A DNA stretch of 64,000 nucleotides from Hypanus sabinus. Its lineage: Eukaryota. This document shows, piece by piece, positions 24,927-38,400 of this stretch; within the stretch, counting starts at the first letter, position 1; the number at the start of each line of letters is the position of its first letter. Location: assembly GCF_030144855.1 (NCBI RefSeq), contig NC_082736.1:4464001-4528000 (forward strand), in the 5' to 3' direction. The translations under genes were made by a program, and so were the position numbers. The notes beneath the pieces were generated by a model. That model was not told where the DNA came from, did not search any database, and saw only the letters and a list, made by a program, of their open reading frames with translations.

Positions 24927-25320
24927 AGATATAAAGCTGGAGAGATTTGAAAACTAATGCTGAGACGTTTAATATGAACAGACTGATTGCGGAGAATTTT
25001 AACTACATTGGTAAGGCACAGTGAGTTTTGGAGATACTGCGGGTATTAATGGCAGAAAATAAAGAGTTAATAGATAAAAGACGTTTTAGGCACCAGCCTG
25101 ATAACATGTGGGGTTTCACACTGCTGGCGTACCGTCTACAGGTCTGGTCGACACACTGTAGAAAGAAAATTATCACTGGAATGGGTAACCTGGGGCTCTG
25201 GTCCCCATCCCCTGCCAATCCCAGGGAACAGGAATGAACCTCCCTGACAGTGTGGAGCAGGTTTACCTGGAGATTGTTTGGGATGGAACCAATCTGATGT
25301 AAGACCATAAAATATAGGAG

Positions 25321-27285
25321 TATAGTGGTGTGCTACACGCAGCGTTAAAATAACGACACGGAGTCGGTAAACTGCAATTAAAGATGATTTTATTCGAACT
25401 TCACAGCCTTGCTTTAAAGCCTCCCTCATCCCGCCCTCCCCGGGCGCGGACGCTCCAAGGGACATGTACTCACAAACCCCCGCAGGCTTTCTCCCTTTGT
25501 TGCGGACCTGGCCTTTGTGCCCACACGCTGGCTATTTGTGAGCCAGTTCGAGTGCGCCAGGAAGTGGGTCACCACATAACCCCCCCCTCCAGAACCAGCG
25601 ATACACCCCCCAATGTCCACAGTCTGGGCCGGACCCTGTTTGGGAGGTCGACCCCTGCGCCGCGGTGCCGGAAACTCCACTGGTTGCACCAGGTCCACAT
25701 GGGCCGGTTTGAGTCGGTCCACTCTGAAAACCTCCTCTCTGCCCCCAAAGTCCAGCACGAACGTGGACCCGTTGTTCCTGAGCACCGTAAACGGCCCCTC
25801 ATAGGGCCGTTGCAGCGGTGGCCGATGCCTGCCCCGTTGTACAAACACAAACTTACAGTTTTGCAGGTCTTTGGGTACGCAGATCGGGTTCTGTCCATGC
25901 TGCGAAGTGGGTATGGGAGCCAGGTCACCGAGCCTCTAGCGTAGTCTGCCCAGGACTGCTGTGGTATGAACTCCCCGGGGACGACCAGGGGTGCGCCGTA
26001 CACCAACTTGGCCGACGAGGCATGCAAATCGTCTTTGGGCGCCGTGCGGATGCCGAATAGGACCCAGGGAAGCTCGTCCGCCCAGTTGGCTCCTCGCAGG
26101 CGGGCCATGAGGGCCGACTTCAGGTGACCGTGGAAACGCTCCACTAGTCCGTTCGACTGTGGGTGGTAGGCAGTTGTGTGGTGCAGCTGAGTCCCCAAAA
26201 GGCTGGCCATAGCTGACCACAGGCTGGAGGTGAACTGGGTGCCTCTGTTGGAGGTAATGTGGGCTGGTACACCAAAGCGAGATATCCAGGTGGTGATCAG
26301 GGCCTGGGCACAAGATTCGGAGGTGGTGTCCGGGAGCGGGATATCCTCTGGCCATTTTGTGAACCGGTGCACGATAGTCAGGAGGTGCCGCGCTCTGCGT
26401 GACACTGGCAGGGGTCCCATGATATCCACGTGAATGTGGTCGAAACGCCGGTGGGTGGGGTAGAACTGCTGCGGCGGGGCTTTGGTGTGCCGCTGCACCT
26501 TGGCTGTTTGGCAGTGCGTGCACGTTTTGGCCCATTCACTGACCTGTTTGCAGAGTCCGTGCCAAACAAACCGGTTGGCTACCAGCCGGACAGTTGTCCT
26601 GATGGAGGGGTGCGCTGAGTTGTGAATGGAGTCGAAAACGCTTCGCAGCCAGGCTGCCGGGACAACGGGGCGGGGTTGGCCGGTGGCGACATCAGAGTAG
26701 GGTCCTCTCACCCGGGCCTATGGGGAGGTCCTGGAGCTGCAAACCGGAGACTGCGGTTCTGTAACTAGGGATCTCCTCATCTGCCTGCTCTGCCTCTGCC
26801 AGCGCCTCAAAGTCGACCCCTTCGGAAAGGGCATGAATGTTAGGGTGAGAGATCGCGTCCTTTCCCGAGACATGCCGGACATCCGTCGTGTATTCAGAGA
26901 TGTCGGACAGATGTCGCTGCTGGCGGGACGACCAGGGATTGGACACCTTCGTGAACGTAAAGGTAAGCGGTTTGTGGTCGGTGAACGCGGTGAAGGGCCG
27001 ACCTTCTAAGAAGTACCTGAAATTCCGGATTGCCAGGTATAGCAATAACAGTTCCCAGTCGAAAGCACTGTATTTGAGCTCGGGTGGAGGTAGGTGTTTG
27101 CTGAAAAACGCCAGGGGTTGCCAGTGCCCCTTGATGGGTTGCTCCAGCACCCCACTGACTGATGTGTTAGATGCGTCCACTGTGAGGGCGGTAGGGACGT
27201 CCACTCTGGGGTGCACTAGCATCGCGGCGTTCGCCAAGGCTTCCTTCGTTTGAATGAAAGCGGTGGCGGACTACTCGTCCCAGTT
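25321..27285 (-). mobile_element. 5'-truncated Gypsy/Ty3 LTR retrotransposon (RNase H, integrase, PPT, 3' LTR)
   Basis: RNase H (TVDAS, YSAFDWELL, FTDHKPL), integrase (HxxxH/CxxC zinc finger, YHPQSNGLVERF, RPYEGPF), polypurine tract at 25577-25590 and LTR at 25321-25576. Frameshifted. Confidence 0.93.
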
Positions 27286-27819
27286 TTGAGGGCTTTGTTG
27301 CCTCATTAGACAGCCTCTGAGCCCGAACTCCGGCCTCTGCCTGCCCACCGCCAGACGGCCTGGCCAGGTGCGGCTGGTCGTGGGTGGGGTAAGAGGACAA
27401 GTTCAGGGCCAGAGGTCCTTGTGCCGGGGCCATGGCAGTCACAGTTCAGACAGAGCAACCAACCGAGTGAGGAGAGCGACAGGCCCGCGCCCGCAACCCC
27501 TTGTAGGATAGGATCTATCGGCCGACAAAAAATTTGTTTCAGTAGATCGCTGCGAGGTAGCTGTTCTGATACTTACAAAACCTTGAGCCCAAATTAGGTT
27601 GTCTGCGAATATTTTAGCACAGGGTTCCCCATGAACATTCGGTGTGCTAAACAGGTTTAGAGGCGGCTCCCATCTGTCCGTGCTCCTCGCCAGTAGTATC
27701 GGCGATTCTCGCTGGCTGTGCTCTGGGCCAGCAGCATCGGCACTTCCCGCCAGCCGTGCTCCGGGCCAGAAGCGTTGGCGGTTCCACACCGGCGCGAGGG
27801 TATCACTGCATTTAGGCGA

Positions 27820-27927
27820 CTGATGACCTCGCGTGAGTTCAAGTTCAAAAGTCAGTGTGACAGCGACTGAGGGAAGGTGCAGCTGACTCATATTGTTTCC
27901 TCACGGCCCGGTGGTTGGGGACCACTG
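27820..27927 (-). mobile_element. Left end of the same hAT family as 10421
   Basis: Reverse complement of 10421-10590; ends GGTTGGGGACCACTG. Confidence 0.75.
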
Positions 27928-28111
27928 AAGTACACTGTGTCATGCGGGGGAGCTATGTGCATGCGCACTGAGCAGAAAGAATGGAACTAAAACCCTGCAA
28001 CCCGGAAACAAACTCGCAACAGTATTTGTGTATTTACTTTTTTTTTTCGGGATCTACTGGGAAAGTCTCAAAGATCGACCAGTCGATCGCGATCGACGGG
28101 TTGGCGACCAC
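27928..28111. mobile_element. Terminal part of another hAT-like element or MITE
   Basis: Ends GGTTGGCGACCACT (TIR-like) with the palindrome GTCGATCGCGATCGAC. Confidence 0.55.
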
Positions 28112-29070
28112 TAATCTGGATGATGGGGTGGTAAATTGGATTAGTAAGTATGCAGATGATACTGAGATAGGTGGCGTTGTGGATAATGAAGTAGGATTTC
28201 AAAGCTTGCAGAGAGATTTAGGCCAGTTAGAAGAGTGGGCTAAAAGATGGCAGATGGAGTTTAACACTCATAAGTATGAGGTGCTACATTTCGGTAGGAC
28301 TAATCAAAATAGGACATAGATGGTACATGGTAGGGCATCGAGGAATGCAGAAAAACAGAGTAGTCTAGGAATAATGGTGCATCGTTCCCTGAAGGTAGAA
28401 TCTCATGTGGATAGTGTGGTAAAGAAAGCTTTTGATATGCTGGCCTTTATAAATCAGAGCATTGAGTATAGGAGTTGGGATGTAATGTTAAAATTGTACA
28501 AAGCATTGGTAAGGCCGAATTTGGAGTATTGTGTACAATTCTGGTCACAATTCTGGAATTATAGGAGAGATGTCAAGAAAATAGAGAGAGTACAGAGGAA
28601 ATTTACTAGAATGTTACCTGGGTTTCAGCACCTAAGTTACAAAGAAAGGTTGAACAAGTTAGGTCTTTATTCTTTGGAGTGTAGAAGGTTGAGAGGGAAC
28701 TTGATAGAGGCATTTACAAATTATGAGGGGGATAGATAGAGTTGGCGTGGTTAGGCTTTTTCCATTTAGAGTAGGGGAGATTCAAACAAGAGGACATGAG
28801 TTGAGAGTTAAAAGGCAAAAATTTAGGGGTAACACAAGGGAGAACTTCTTTACTCAGAGAGTGGTAGCTGTGTGGAACGAGCTTCCAGTAGAAGTGATAG
28901 AGGCAGGTTCGATATTGTCATTTTAAAAGAAAATTGGATAGGTATATGGACAGGAAAGGAATGGAGGGTTGTGGGCTGTGTGCAGGTCGGTGGGACTAGG
29001 TGAGAGTAAGCGTTTGGCACGAACTAGAAGGGGTGAGATGGCCTGTTTCCATGCTGTAATTGTTATATCT
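28112..29070 (+). mobile_element. CR1 LINE 3' part, young subfamily
   Basis: KYADD, LVRPNLEYC and FFTQRVVAVWN motifs; near-identical to 53218-54003. Confidence 0.92.
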
Positions 29071-29074
29071 AACC

Positions 29075-31305
29075 CTTAGGAGGCAGTGATCACAGTATCA
29101 TTGAGTCCAACTTGAAATTGGATAGGGAAAGAGTACAGTCTGACATAGCAGTGTTTCAGTGGAGTAAAGGTAGTAACAGTGGTGTGAGAGAGGAGTTGGC
29201 TAAAGTAAATTGGAAGGAGATGTTGGCAGAGATGGCAGCAGAGCAGCAATGGTGAGAGTTTCCGAGAAAAATGAGGGAGGTGCAGGATAAATGTATTCCA
29301 GAAACAAATAAATACTCAAATGGCAAAATAGTACAACTGTGGCTGACAAGGAAGTCAAAGCTAATGTCAAACCAAAAGGGAGGGCATAAAACAAAGAAAA
29401 AAATAGTCAGAATACAGAGGATTGGGAAGCTTCTGACACCTTACAGAGGGCAACCTAAAGAGGATAAAGATTAAATATGCAAGCAAGCTGGTAAATATTA
29501 TCAAAGTGGAAAGTTGAAGCTTTTTTCAAGTATGTAAAACATAAAGGAGAGATGAGACTGGATACTGGATTGCTAGAAAATCAGGCCAGAGGAACAATAA
29601 AAGGGTGGCGGGGGGGGGATGAGATGGCAGATGAACTAAATGAGTATTTTGCATTAGTGGAAGTTACTAGCCGTGTGCCAGATGTTGAAGGGAGTGAGGG
29701 GAGAGAAGGGAGTGCAGTTATTATTATAAGGGAGAAGGTGCTCAAAAAGCTGAAAGACCTGAGGGTATATAAGTCAGCTGGACCAGATGAACTGGACCCT
29801 AGGATTCTGACAGAGGTAGCGGTAGAGCTTGTGGTGCCATTAGTAATTATCTTTCAAAATGCATTGGACTCTGACATGGTGCTAGGGGACTGGAAAATTG
29901 CAAATGTCATCCACTCTGTAAGAAAGGAGGAAGGCGGCAGAAAGGAAATTATAGACCAGTTAGTCTGACTTCAGTGGTTGGGAAGATGCTGGAGTTAATT
30001 GTTCAGGATGAGGTTATGGAGCATTGGAAACACAGGACAAGAGAGGACAAAGTCAGCATGGTTTCCTTCAGGGGAAATCTTGAATGATGAACCCATTGGA
30101 ATGCTTTGAGATTACACGCCTGATAGATAAAGGGGATGCAATGGATGTCATATATTTGGACGTTCAAAAGGCCTTTGACAAGGTGCCACGCATGAGGCTG
30201 CTTACCAAGTTAATAGCCCATGGTATTACAGGAAAGTTACTGGCGTGGTTAGAACATTGGCTGATTGGTAGAAGGCAGCAAGTGGGAATAAAAGGATCCT
30301 TTCCGGTTGGCTGCCAGTGAGTAGTGGTGTTCCACAGGGGTCGGTGTTGGGACCACTTCTGTTTATGTTGTATATCAATGATTTAAATGATGGAATAGAT
30401 GGATTTGTTGCAAGTTTGCAGGTGACAATAAGGGCAGGTACTGTTCAGGAAACAGGTAGGCTGCAGAAGTACTTTGACAGATTAGGAGAATTGGCAAGAC
30501 AATGGCAAAGGAAATACAATGTTGGAAAATGCATGGTCGTGCACTTTGGTAGTAGAAATAAATGTACAGAGTATTTCCAAATAGGGAGAAAATCCAAACA
30601 TCTGAGCAGACCAGCCTAAAGATAACTTGCAGGTAGAGTCGGAGGTGAGGAATGCCAAAGCAATGTTAGCATTCATATCAAGCGGTTAGAATACAAGAGC
30701 AGGGATGTGATGCTGAGACTTTATAAGGCATTGGTGAGGCCTCACCTTGAGTATTGTGATGAGCTTTGGCCTCCTCATCTAAGAAAAGATGTGCTGGCAT
30801 TGGAAAGGGTTCAGAAGAGGTTCACAAGGGTGATTCTGGGAATTAAACGGTTACCATACGAGGAATATTTGATAGCTCTGGGTCTGTACTCACTGGAATT
30901 TAGAAGGATTGTGGGGGGGGGGGGGGTGGATCTCATTTCGAATGTTGAAAGGCCTAGACTGAGTAGATGTGGAAAGGATGCTTCCTATGGTGGGAGAGTC
31001 TAGGACTAGAAGGCACAAACTCAAGATAGAGGGCTGTCCATTTGAAACTGAAAAGCAGAGAAATTCCTTAGCCAGAGGATGGTGAATTAATGCAATGTAT
31101 AACCACAGGCTGCTGTGGAGGCCACGTCCTTGGGTGTATTTAAGGCAGAGCTTGATAGGCTCATGATTGGACACGGCATCAAAGTTTGCAAGGAGAAGTC
31201 CAGGGAGTGGGGATGCAAAGGGAAAACAGGGTCAGACATGATTGAATGGGAGAGTAGACTCGACGGGCCAAATAGCCTAATTCTGCTGCTATGTCGTACG
31301 GCCTT
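29075..31305 (+). mobile_element. CR1 LINE ORF2 remnant and 3' UTR
   Basis: ORF pieces MADELNEYF, KSAGPD, QKAFDKVP, SGVPQGSVLGP and LVRPHLEYC. Confidence 0.92.
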
Positions 31306-31309
31306 ACTC

Positions 31310-31872
31310 AGTAAATCCAAGAAAGACCACACCCAACAGGGTGGCCAAATCACCAATGATAGTAAGAGATTTGAAAGTAGCAGGGGAAGGGGAAAGTGCA
31401 AAATGATAGGAGAAGACCGAGGAGGTGTGGTGAAGCTGAGACCCGGAAAGGAGATTGGCAAAAGGGGTACAGAGCTGGAGAAGGGAAAGGATCATGGGAC
31501 AGGAGGCCTAGGGAGAAAGAAAGGGGGAGGGGAGCACCAGAGGCAGATGGAGAACAGGCAGAGAGAGAGAAAAAAAAGGAAGGGGAGAAAAACTATATAT
31601 ATCAGGGATGGGGTAAGAAGAGAGGAGGGGCATTAACGGAAGTTAGAGAAGTCAATGTTCATGCCATCAGGTTGGTGGCTACCCAGCCGGTATATAAGGT
31701 GTTGTTCCAACCTGAGTGTGGCTTCATCTTGACAGTAGAGAGTTGAGTATCTCTTCCTATCTTTCCTTTCAGTTAGTCCTGACAAAGGGTCTCGGCCCGA
31801 AACGTCAACAGTGCTTCTCCTTATAGATGCTGCCTGGCCTGCTGTGTTCCACCAACATTTTGTGTGTGTTGA
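31310..31872. mobile_element. Penelope-like fragment with an inverted terminal repeat
   Basis: GIY-YIG C-terminal remnant on the minus strand at about 31630-31740; plus-strand terminal repeat with CTGACAAAGGGTCTCGGCCCGAAACGTC. Confidence 0.7.
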
Positions 31873-32299
31873 TTGATTGTGGGAATCAGTTCTGTGGAGA
31901 GTTAAGTGAAGTTAAATAGAGTTATCTCCACTGGTTCTGGTTTAAGGTGACATCAGTGAATCTCTTTTTCTGGTAAACGAGTAGCCTGTAACTTCCCTTT
32001 CAACTTGGAGGCAATTTGATGTGGCAGAACCGACATGAGGCAGCGGGCCCGTCACAGAAAGTGAGGAAGACCCGAAGTACAGTTGATAAACTCCGGGCTG
32101 AAATGGAAAAGTCAAGTACAGGCCAAATCGAGGTGGCGGGGACCAGGCCCCAAATCGTATCAAAGCGACTGAACCCAATGTTTGGATAACGATTTAGACG
32201 CAGGGCCAGATTGAAAAGGTCAGGTTGTTCTGCCCGAGGCCAGGGACAAAAGATATTTAATGATAGGATCAGCTTGCATCTGAAAAAGCATAAACAATT

Positions 32300-33750
32300 T
32301 CAGAGTAGCCAATATCACAGTAACAAATTCAATCGATGAGAGTTGGGTAGTGGGTGTAGGACACAAGGATTTTGGTAAAGCTTTCAACAAGAGTCCCCAT
32401 GGTGGGCTGATCCACAGCATGGAAGCACATGGCTCAAAGGAAATTTGGTAGAGTATATTCAAAATGCAGCTTGTTCAGAGAACACAGAAGGTAATGGTTG
32501 AGGGGTGTGATTCTGACTGGAGACCTGTGAACAGTGGGGCCCACAAGGAATTCTACTCTTTGTGAAATGATTTGGATGAAAATGAAGGAGGGCTGATTTG
32601 TTGGTCTGCAGAGACACAGAAACTGGTGCAGTTATGGATCGTGAGGAAAGTTGCCAAAGGATTCAGCAGGACATAGACCAGCTGGAAATGTGGGCAGAGA
32701 AATGAGAGATAAGTCGGTGTACTCTGGGAAGTCAAATGTCAGAGGATTTCTTTGGAATTCCTCTCCCTGTTGAAGCAGCTGGAATTATACTAATAGCATT
32801 TACATGCTCCACCTCAGGATGTGGGAGGTCAGGGAGTCAGTCAGTGTCCCTGATAACTTCACATGTCAGAAGTGCTCCAGTTGCAGCTCCTGACTGACTG
32901 TGTTAAGGGAATGGACAGACCTAGAGTTTCCATGATGCTGAGACCAGAGATTCAGTGAGTTGGTCACACCTGAGGTCAGGATGCAGACTGTTGTGTGACC
33001 ATCACGACGGAAAGGGGAAGAGACACACGGTGCAATGTCTCCCTGTGGCCGTGACCCTCAGCAACAAGTACACTCCTTTGGATACCCCTGGGATGAGGAA
33101 CCAGAGACAGCAGCCAGCCAGGTCGGTGGTACTGAGACCCCAGACCGATGCTCCGCGGGAGGAATGGTCAAGCAGAGCAGTGATGACAGCAGACTCACAG
33201 TACAGGGGATGTGCAGGAGATTCTGTGGCAGCCACAGAGATGACACGATGGTGCGTCGCCTCCTGGGTACTGGGGTCAGGTCCGTCTCAGACGTGCAGGA
33301 TTTCCTAAAGATAAACTTCCCATTCGAGTCAGTTGTAAGGAAACCAAATGTCGGCATTCATTTCGAGAGGACTACGATACAAAAGCAAGGATGTAAGCAT
33401 TGGTCCGATCACACTTGGAGTATTGTGAACTGTTTTGGGCCCCTTATCTAAAAAGCTACATGCTCGCATCGGAGAGGGTCCAGAGGAAGTTCACAAAAAT
33501 GATCCTGGCAATAAAAGGGTTAATGCACGGGGATTGTTTGATGGCTCTGGGCCTGTTGTCTCTGGACTTTAGAAGAATAAGGGAATCTCATTGAAACCGA
33601 TCAAATATTAAAAGGCCTAGAATGGAGTGGGGAAGGTGTTTCTGATGGTGGGGCCGCCTCGGAACACAGGGCACAGCCTCACAATACTAGGACAATACTG
33701 TTAGAACAAAGATAAGGAGCAATTTCCTTAATAAAGAGCAGTGAACCTGT
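32300..33750 (+). mobile_element. Mosaic of degenerate CR1 fragments (RT, ORF1 esterase-like, 3' part)
   Basis: VTLSNKYTPL (ORF1-like) and VRSHLEYC motifs. Confidence 0.65.
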
Positions 33751-33754
33751 GCTG

Positions 33755-34710
33755 CCTATGTCAGGATGGTGTTCATTGACTAGAGCTCAGCCTTTCTAAC
33801 ACATCATTCCCACAGTCCTGATCAATAAGCTACGGAACCTGGTCCCTCTGCAAATGGATCCTCGACTTCCTAACCAGAAGACCACAATCTGTGCGGATTA
33901 GTACCTCTCTGTTACACTGGCTGTTCTATTTATTATCAATTATTATAAATCACTATGAATGCACATTGCATATTTAGACAGAGACATAACTTAGATTTTT
34001 ACTCCTGATGTACGTGAAAGATGCAAAACCTAAAGTCAATTCAAATATCTCCTTTTCTCTGAAGATCAACACTGCCCTGGTGCACCTCAAGGATGTGTGC
34101 TTAGCCAACTGCTCTCCTCCCTCTAAACCCATGACTATGTGACTAAATATAACACAAATGCAATCTAGAAATATGCCTCGTACAACCATTGTTGGCAGAG
34201 TCTCAGATGGAGATGATTGGACACACAGGAGTGGGATATACCAGCTAGTTGAGTGGTGTCACAGCAACAACCTTGTGCTCAATGTCAGTAAGACAAAACA
34301 GCTGATTGAAGGAAGGGTAAGACGAGGGAACATGAACCAATCCTCATAGAGGGATCAGAAGTGGACAGTGAACAATTTCAAGTTCCTGGGTGTCAATATC
34401 TCTGAGGATCTATTGATGCAGCTACAGTATAAAGAAGGCAAGACAGCGGATATATTTCATCAGGAGCTTGAAGATATTCGGTTTGTCATTTTAAAACACC
34501 CAAAAACAGCTGTAGATGTATTCTATATATATTATTTATATTATTTGTTTTTGCACTATTTTAATTTAGTTAATATACATATCCATATGTATACTGTAAT
34601 TTATTTATTGTTTCTATATTAGCATGTCCTGCATTGAACTGCTGCTGCTAAATTAACAAATTTCCTGACACCTGCCGGTGATAATAAACCTGATTCTGGT
34701 CCTGACTTTG
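33755..34710 (+). mobile_element. Degenerate Rex1/Babar-like LINE
   Basis: WCHSNNLVLNVSKTK and FKFLGVNISEDL; tail GATAATAAACCTGATTCTG. Confidence 0.7.
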
Positions 34711-37475
34711 AATTCATCCCCACAGACGGATGTGACCAATTCATTGGGTATATTTAATGTGGAGGTTCTCGATTGTGGTGGGGGTGGGATAAGAGTGTTT
34801 GAGAGGGTTAAGAGATCTGTCATGATCTCTTATTCCTGGCAGAATGGTGCAGCAGACTGGATGGGCCAAATGGCCTAATTCTGCTGCTGTGTCTTCTGGT
34901 CCGATGGTCTCGGAGCAGCTGTAGGACATTTCAAAGGGAAGGCTGAGCAGCCGGACATCGTGGTGGACGGTGCATGTTGGTAATAGCAACGCAAGGATAT
35001 GGAGGGTTGTGTCCTGTGCAGTGAATATAGAGAAATCAGACAGAAACTAAAAAGTAGTAAGCTCTGTATTACTCCCAGTGACACTTGTTAGTGGGGAGAG
35101 ATATAGAGAGATACCAGTGATGAATGTGCGGCTCAGGAGCTGGTGCAGGGGACAGAGTGCCAGTTTCATGGATCAATGGGACATCTTCTAGGGATGGGAA
35201 GGCAGAAACTGTTCACTCCACAGGGTCTTTTAGGGAAGCAACAGTTTTCTCTGTCCTAAAACTGCACGGGATACTTTTGATGTGACAGGGTGGAGGTTAA
35301 AAGGGAATCTGAAGGGTGAGTTGATGGAGGTGGATAAAATTACGTGAGGCATACAAAGGTTAGTGAGACAGAGACTGTTTCCAGTGGTGTGGCTGTCTAA
35401 AGGGAATAGTTGTAAGGTGACAGGGGTGTAGTTTAAAGAGGATCTGAAGGGTAAATATTTGACACAGAGAATAGCTGGTATCCCGAATGAGCTGCCAGAT
35501 GAGGTGGTGGAGACAAAGACACACAAAGTTTCTGTTGATGAACACTTCCCAGGAACCTGTCATTACTGTGTTCATCCTGCCCTGGTTTAACTCCACGGTG
35601 CTGGATCCATTGTTATTTTCCATCTGTATAAACGATCAGGATGAGAATGTAGTAAACTGGATCAGCAAGTTTGCAGATGACACCAAGATTAGGGGTAAGA
35701 TGGACAGCAGAGGCAGCTAGAAAATCTTGATGTGGGATGTGGACCAGCTGGCAAAATGAAGTTGGTTACAATCTGGAACACACTGCCTGAGGGAGAGGTG
35801 CAGGCTGGTATTTAAGGAACATCTGGCTGAACATTTGAATCACTAGGTCAGGGTAGGAGACAGACCAAGTGCTGAGTTAGTGGAGACAGATTCTCGATGG
35901 TCAGTATAGACATGCAGAAACCACTGACTGTGAAAGTTCAGTGGGAATCTGGAACACAGAACTTCAGGATGGATTTACCTAAAACACTCAGAACCCAGGA
36001 CAATGGATTTTTGTTGGACAAATATATTAATGCATTAGGGTTAATAGTGAATCAAACACCTCAAAAGGCTACCAAAATGCACCTATTCCCTGGGCACCAG
36101 TAACAGGACTTTAAAATGGGAATTTGGTGAAGAACACTGGTTAGTATTAGGAGAGATGGCGGACAGCTTGGTCACAAAGGAAGGGTGCAAATATCTTCTC
36201 AGAGGATAAGGGGTTCAGTGGAACAAGCTCACAGCTGAGAATGAAGGTAACAAACCCCACTGCAGTGGAGGACTGCTGTTGCCAGGGTTGTCCAGGATAG
36301 AAACAGACCCTCTGGCCCATCACGAACAGGGATGGGAAAGTGGGAAACTAATCCCATTTTCCTGCATTAGTTTCATATCCCTCCAGGCCTTGCTCACCTA
36401 AGTACCTGTGCATGTGTCTCTAATACTGTTACACAGTTCCCTGTATGTGGCATCGCAGAGAGACAGGGTTGTGTGTTCTACTTGCCTTATCAGCCAAAGA
36501 ACTGCCTCTCATTAGCATTGTACAAAACTGTTTAAAGACAGATTTAAAGGGGATCTGAGGGGTACATACTTCACACAGAGAATAGCTGCTATCCTAAATC
36601 AGCTGCCAGAGGAGGTGTGGGGGCAGAAACCCACAAAGTCTCTGTTCATTAAACCTTCCCAGGAACCTGTCATTACTGTGTACATCCTGCCCTGGTTGAA
36701 CCGCCCAGAATAGAGTCAGTGATTTATACAGAACTGAAACCGTCCCTTCGGTAAAACTCATCCACGCCGACCAAGTTGTCGACCTGAACTCGTCCCATCC
36801 GCCTGCATTAGGCCCGTGTCCCTCTCAACCTTTCCTATCCAAGTAACTGTGCAAATATGGTTTAAATATTGTACCTGAGGCAGAGAGCCGGTGCGGTGAG
36901 GCGCTGACAGACACTCACTGTTCCGTGGGCAGGATGAGGAGAGGCCGATTCCCACAGTGGAGCCGAAACCCAAAGTAGAGACCGACTCCACTTTACCTCA
37001 ACCCCGTGCCCACCATCCCGGACCAACTGCCCGCCCCAGACCGGTCCCCTGGAAACGAGGATGGAGCCAGTATGACATGTTTGACATCATCTCATCACAG
37101 ATCGGCATACACAACACGGTATCACGTGACGGTGTCCACAGTCCGGGAGACGGGCAGAGAGAGCTGTCAATCAATGGAGCCACTGAGAAACTGCGAGCAT
37201 TGTAACAGAGTGGGTACAGAGGGGCATTTCCGGGTACAGTGACCCCACCCCACCCACGGGAATTGAGTGTGTTATAGACAGTAATATTCGCATTTTAATT
37301 TGACTCTTCGGTCTTATAAATATTTAATATTTATATTTTCTATACTTTTGTGTGGATAATCTTTTATAATTTGGGATAGAAAAACGTTGTAACAAGATCA
37401 CTGAACCCTTCATGAAAACAGAACGTTACGGAAAAATATTGTCAAAGTCAACATTTTAATCCAAAGTAAGTTATT

Positions 37476-38400
37476 AGAAGCATAGAAAACCCACAGCACC
37501 AAGCAGGCCCTTCGGCCCACAAAATTGTGCTGAACATGTCCCTACTTTAGGAATTACTGGGCTTACCTATCAAAACGTCTCTGAAAAGACCCTATCGTAT
37601 CTGCCTCCACCACCGTTGCGGGCAGCCCATTCCACGCACTCACTACTCCGAGTAAAAAACTTACCCCTGACATCTCTGTACCTGCTCCCCAGCACCTTAA
37701 CCTGTGTCCTCTTGTGCAGCCAGTTCAGCCCTGAGAAAAAGCCTCTGACTGTCCACACGATCGATGCCTCTCATCATCTTGTACACCTTGGGCCTAAAGG
37801 AAACGTTGCTGACTTTGTCCTATTTTATCATGTGTCGCCAAGTAGCCCGAAAATACATCGAGTCCATCATCTTCCCGACCACTGAGGTCAGACTGACTGG
37901 CCTATGATTTCCTCTCTTCTGCCCTTCTCCCTCCTTCAAGAGTGGAATAATGTTTGCAATTTTCCTCTTCTCCAGGAACACGCCAGAATACAGGGATTAT
38001 AGAAAGATTATTACTAAAACTGCCACTGTCTCTTCAGTCACCTCTTTCATAGCACTGGTGTAGAAAGTCCCGTCCAGCTGATTTATCTACCTTCAGATCT
38101 TTCAGTTTCCCAAGCAGCTTTTCCACAGTAAAGGCCAATTCACTCATTTCTGCCCCCTGATTCTCCTGAATTTCCAGCAGACTGCCAGTGTCTTCCACAG
38201 TGAAGACTGATGCACAATACGTATTCAGCTTCTCTGCCACTTCCCTGTACCCCATTACTACGTCTCCAGCATCATCTACTTTTGCCTCTCTTTTACACTT
38301 TGTATATCTGAACAAACTTCTGGTATCCTCTTTAATACTAATGGCTAGCTAACCTTCGTATTTCTTCTTATTCCTCTCAATGACTTTTTTAGTCGGTTTC
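37476..38400 (-). mobile_element. CR1 fragments (3' end and ORF2 linker)
   Basis: CR1 3' tail at 37476-37790; ORF 38034-38315 contains AEKLNTYCASVFTVED. Confidence 0.7.

Noticed and set aside
25135-25172. Possible 23-nt minus-strand micro-exon after TTTTCTTTCTACAG
   Set aside because: The donor is weak, the peptide is unrecognisable, and no partner exons were found.
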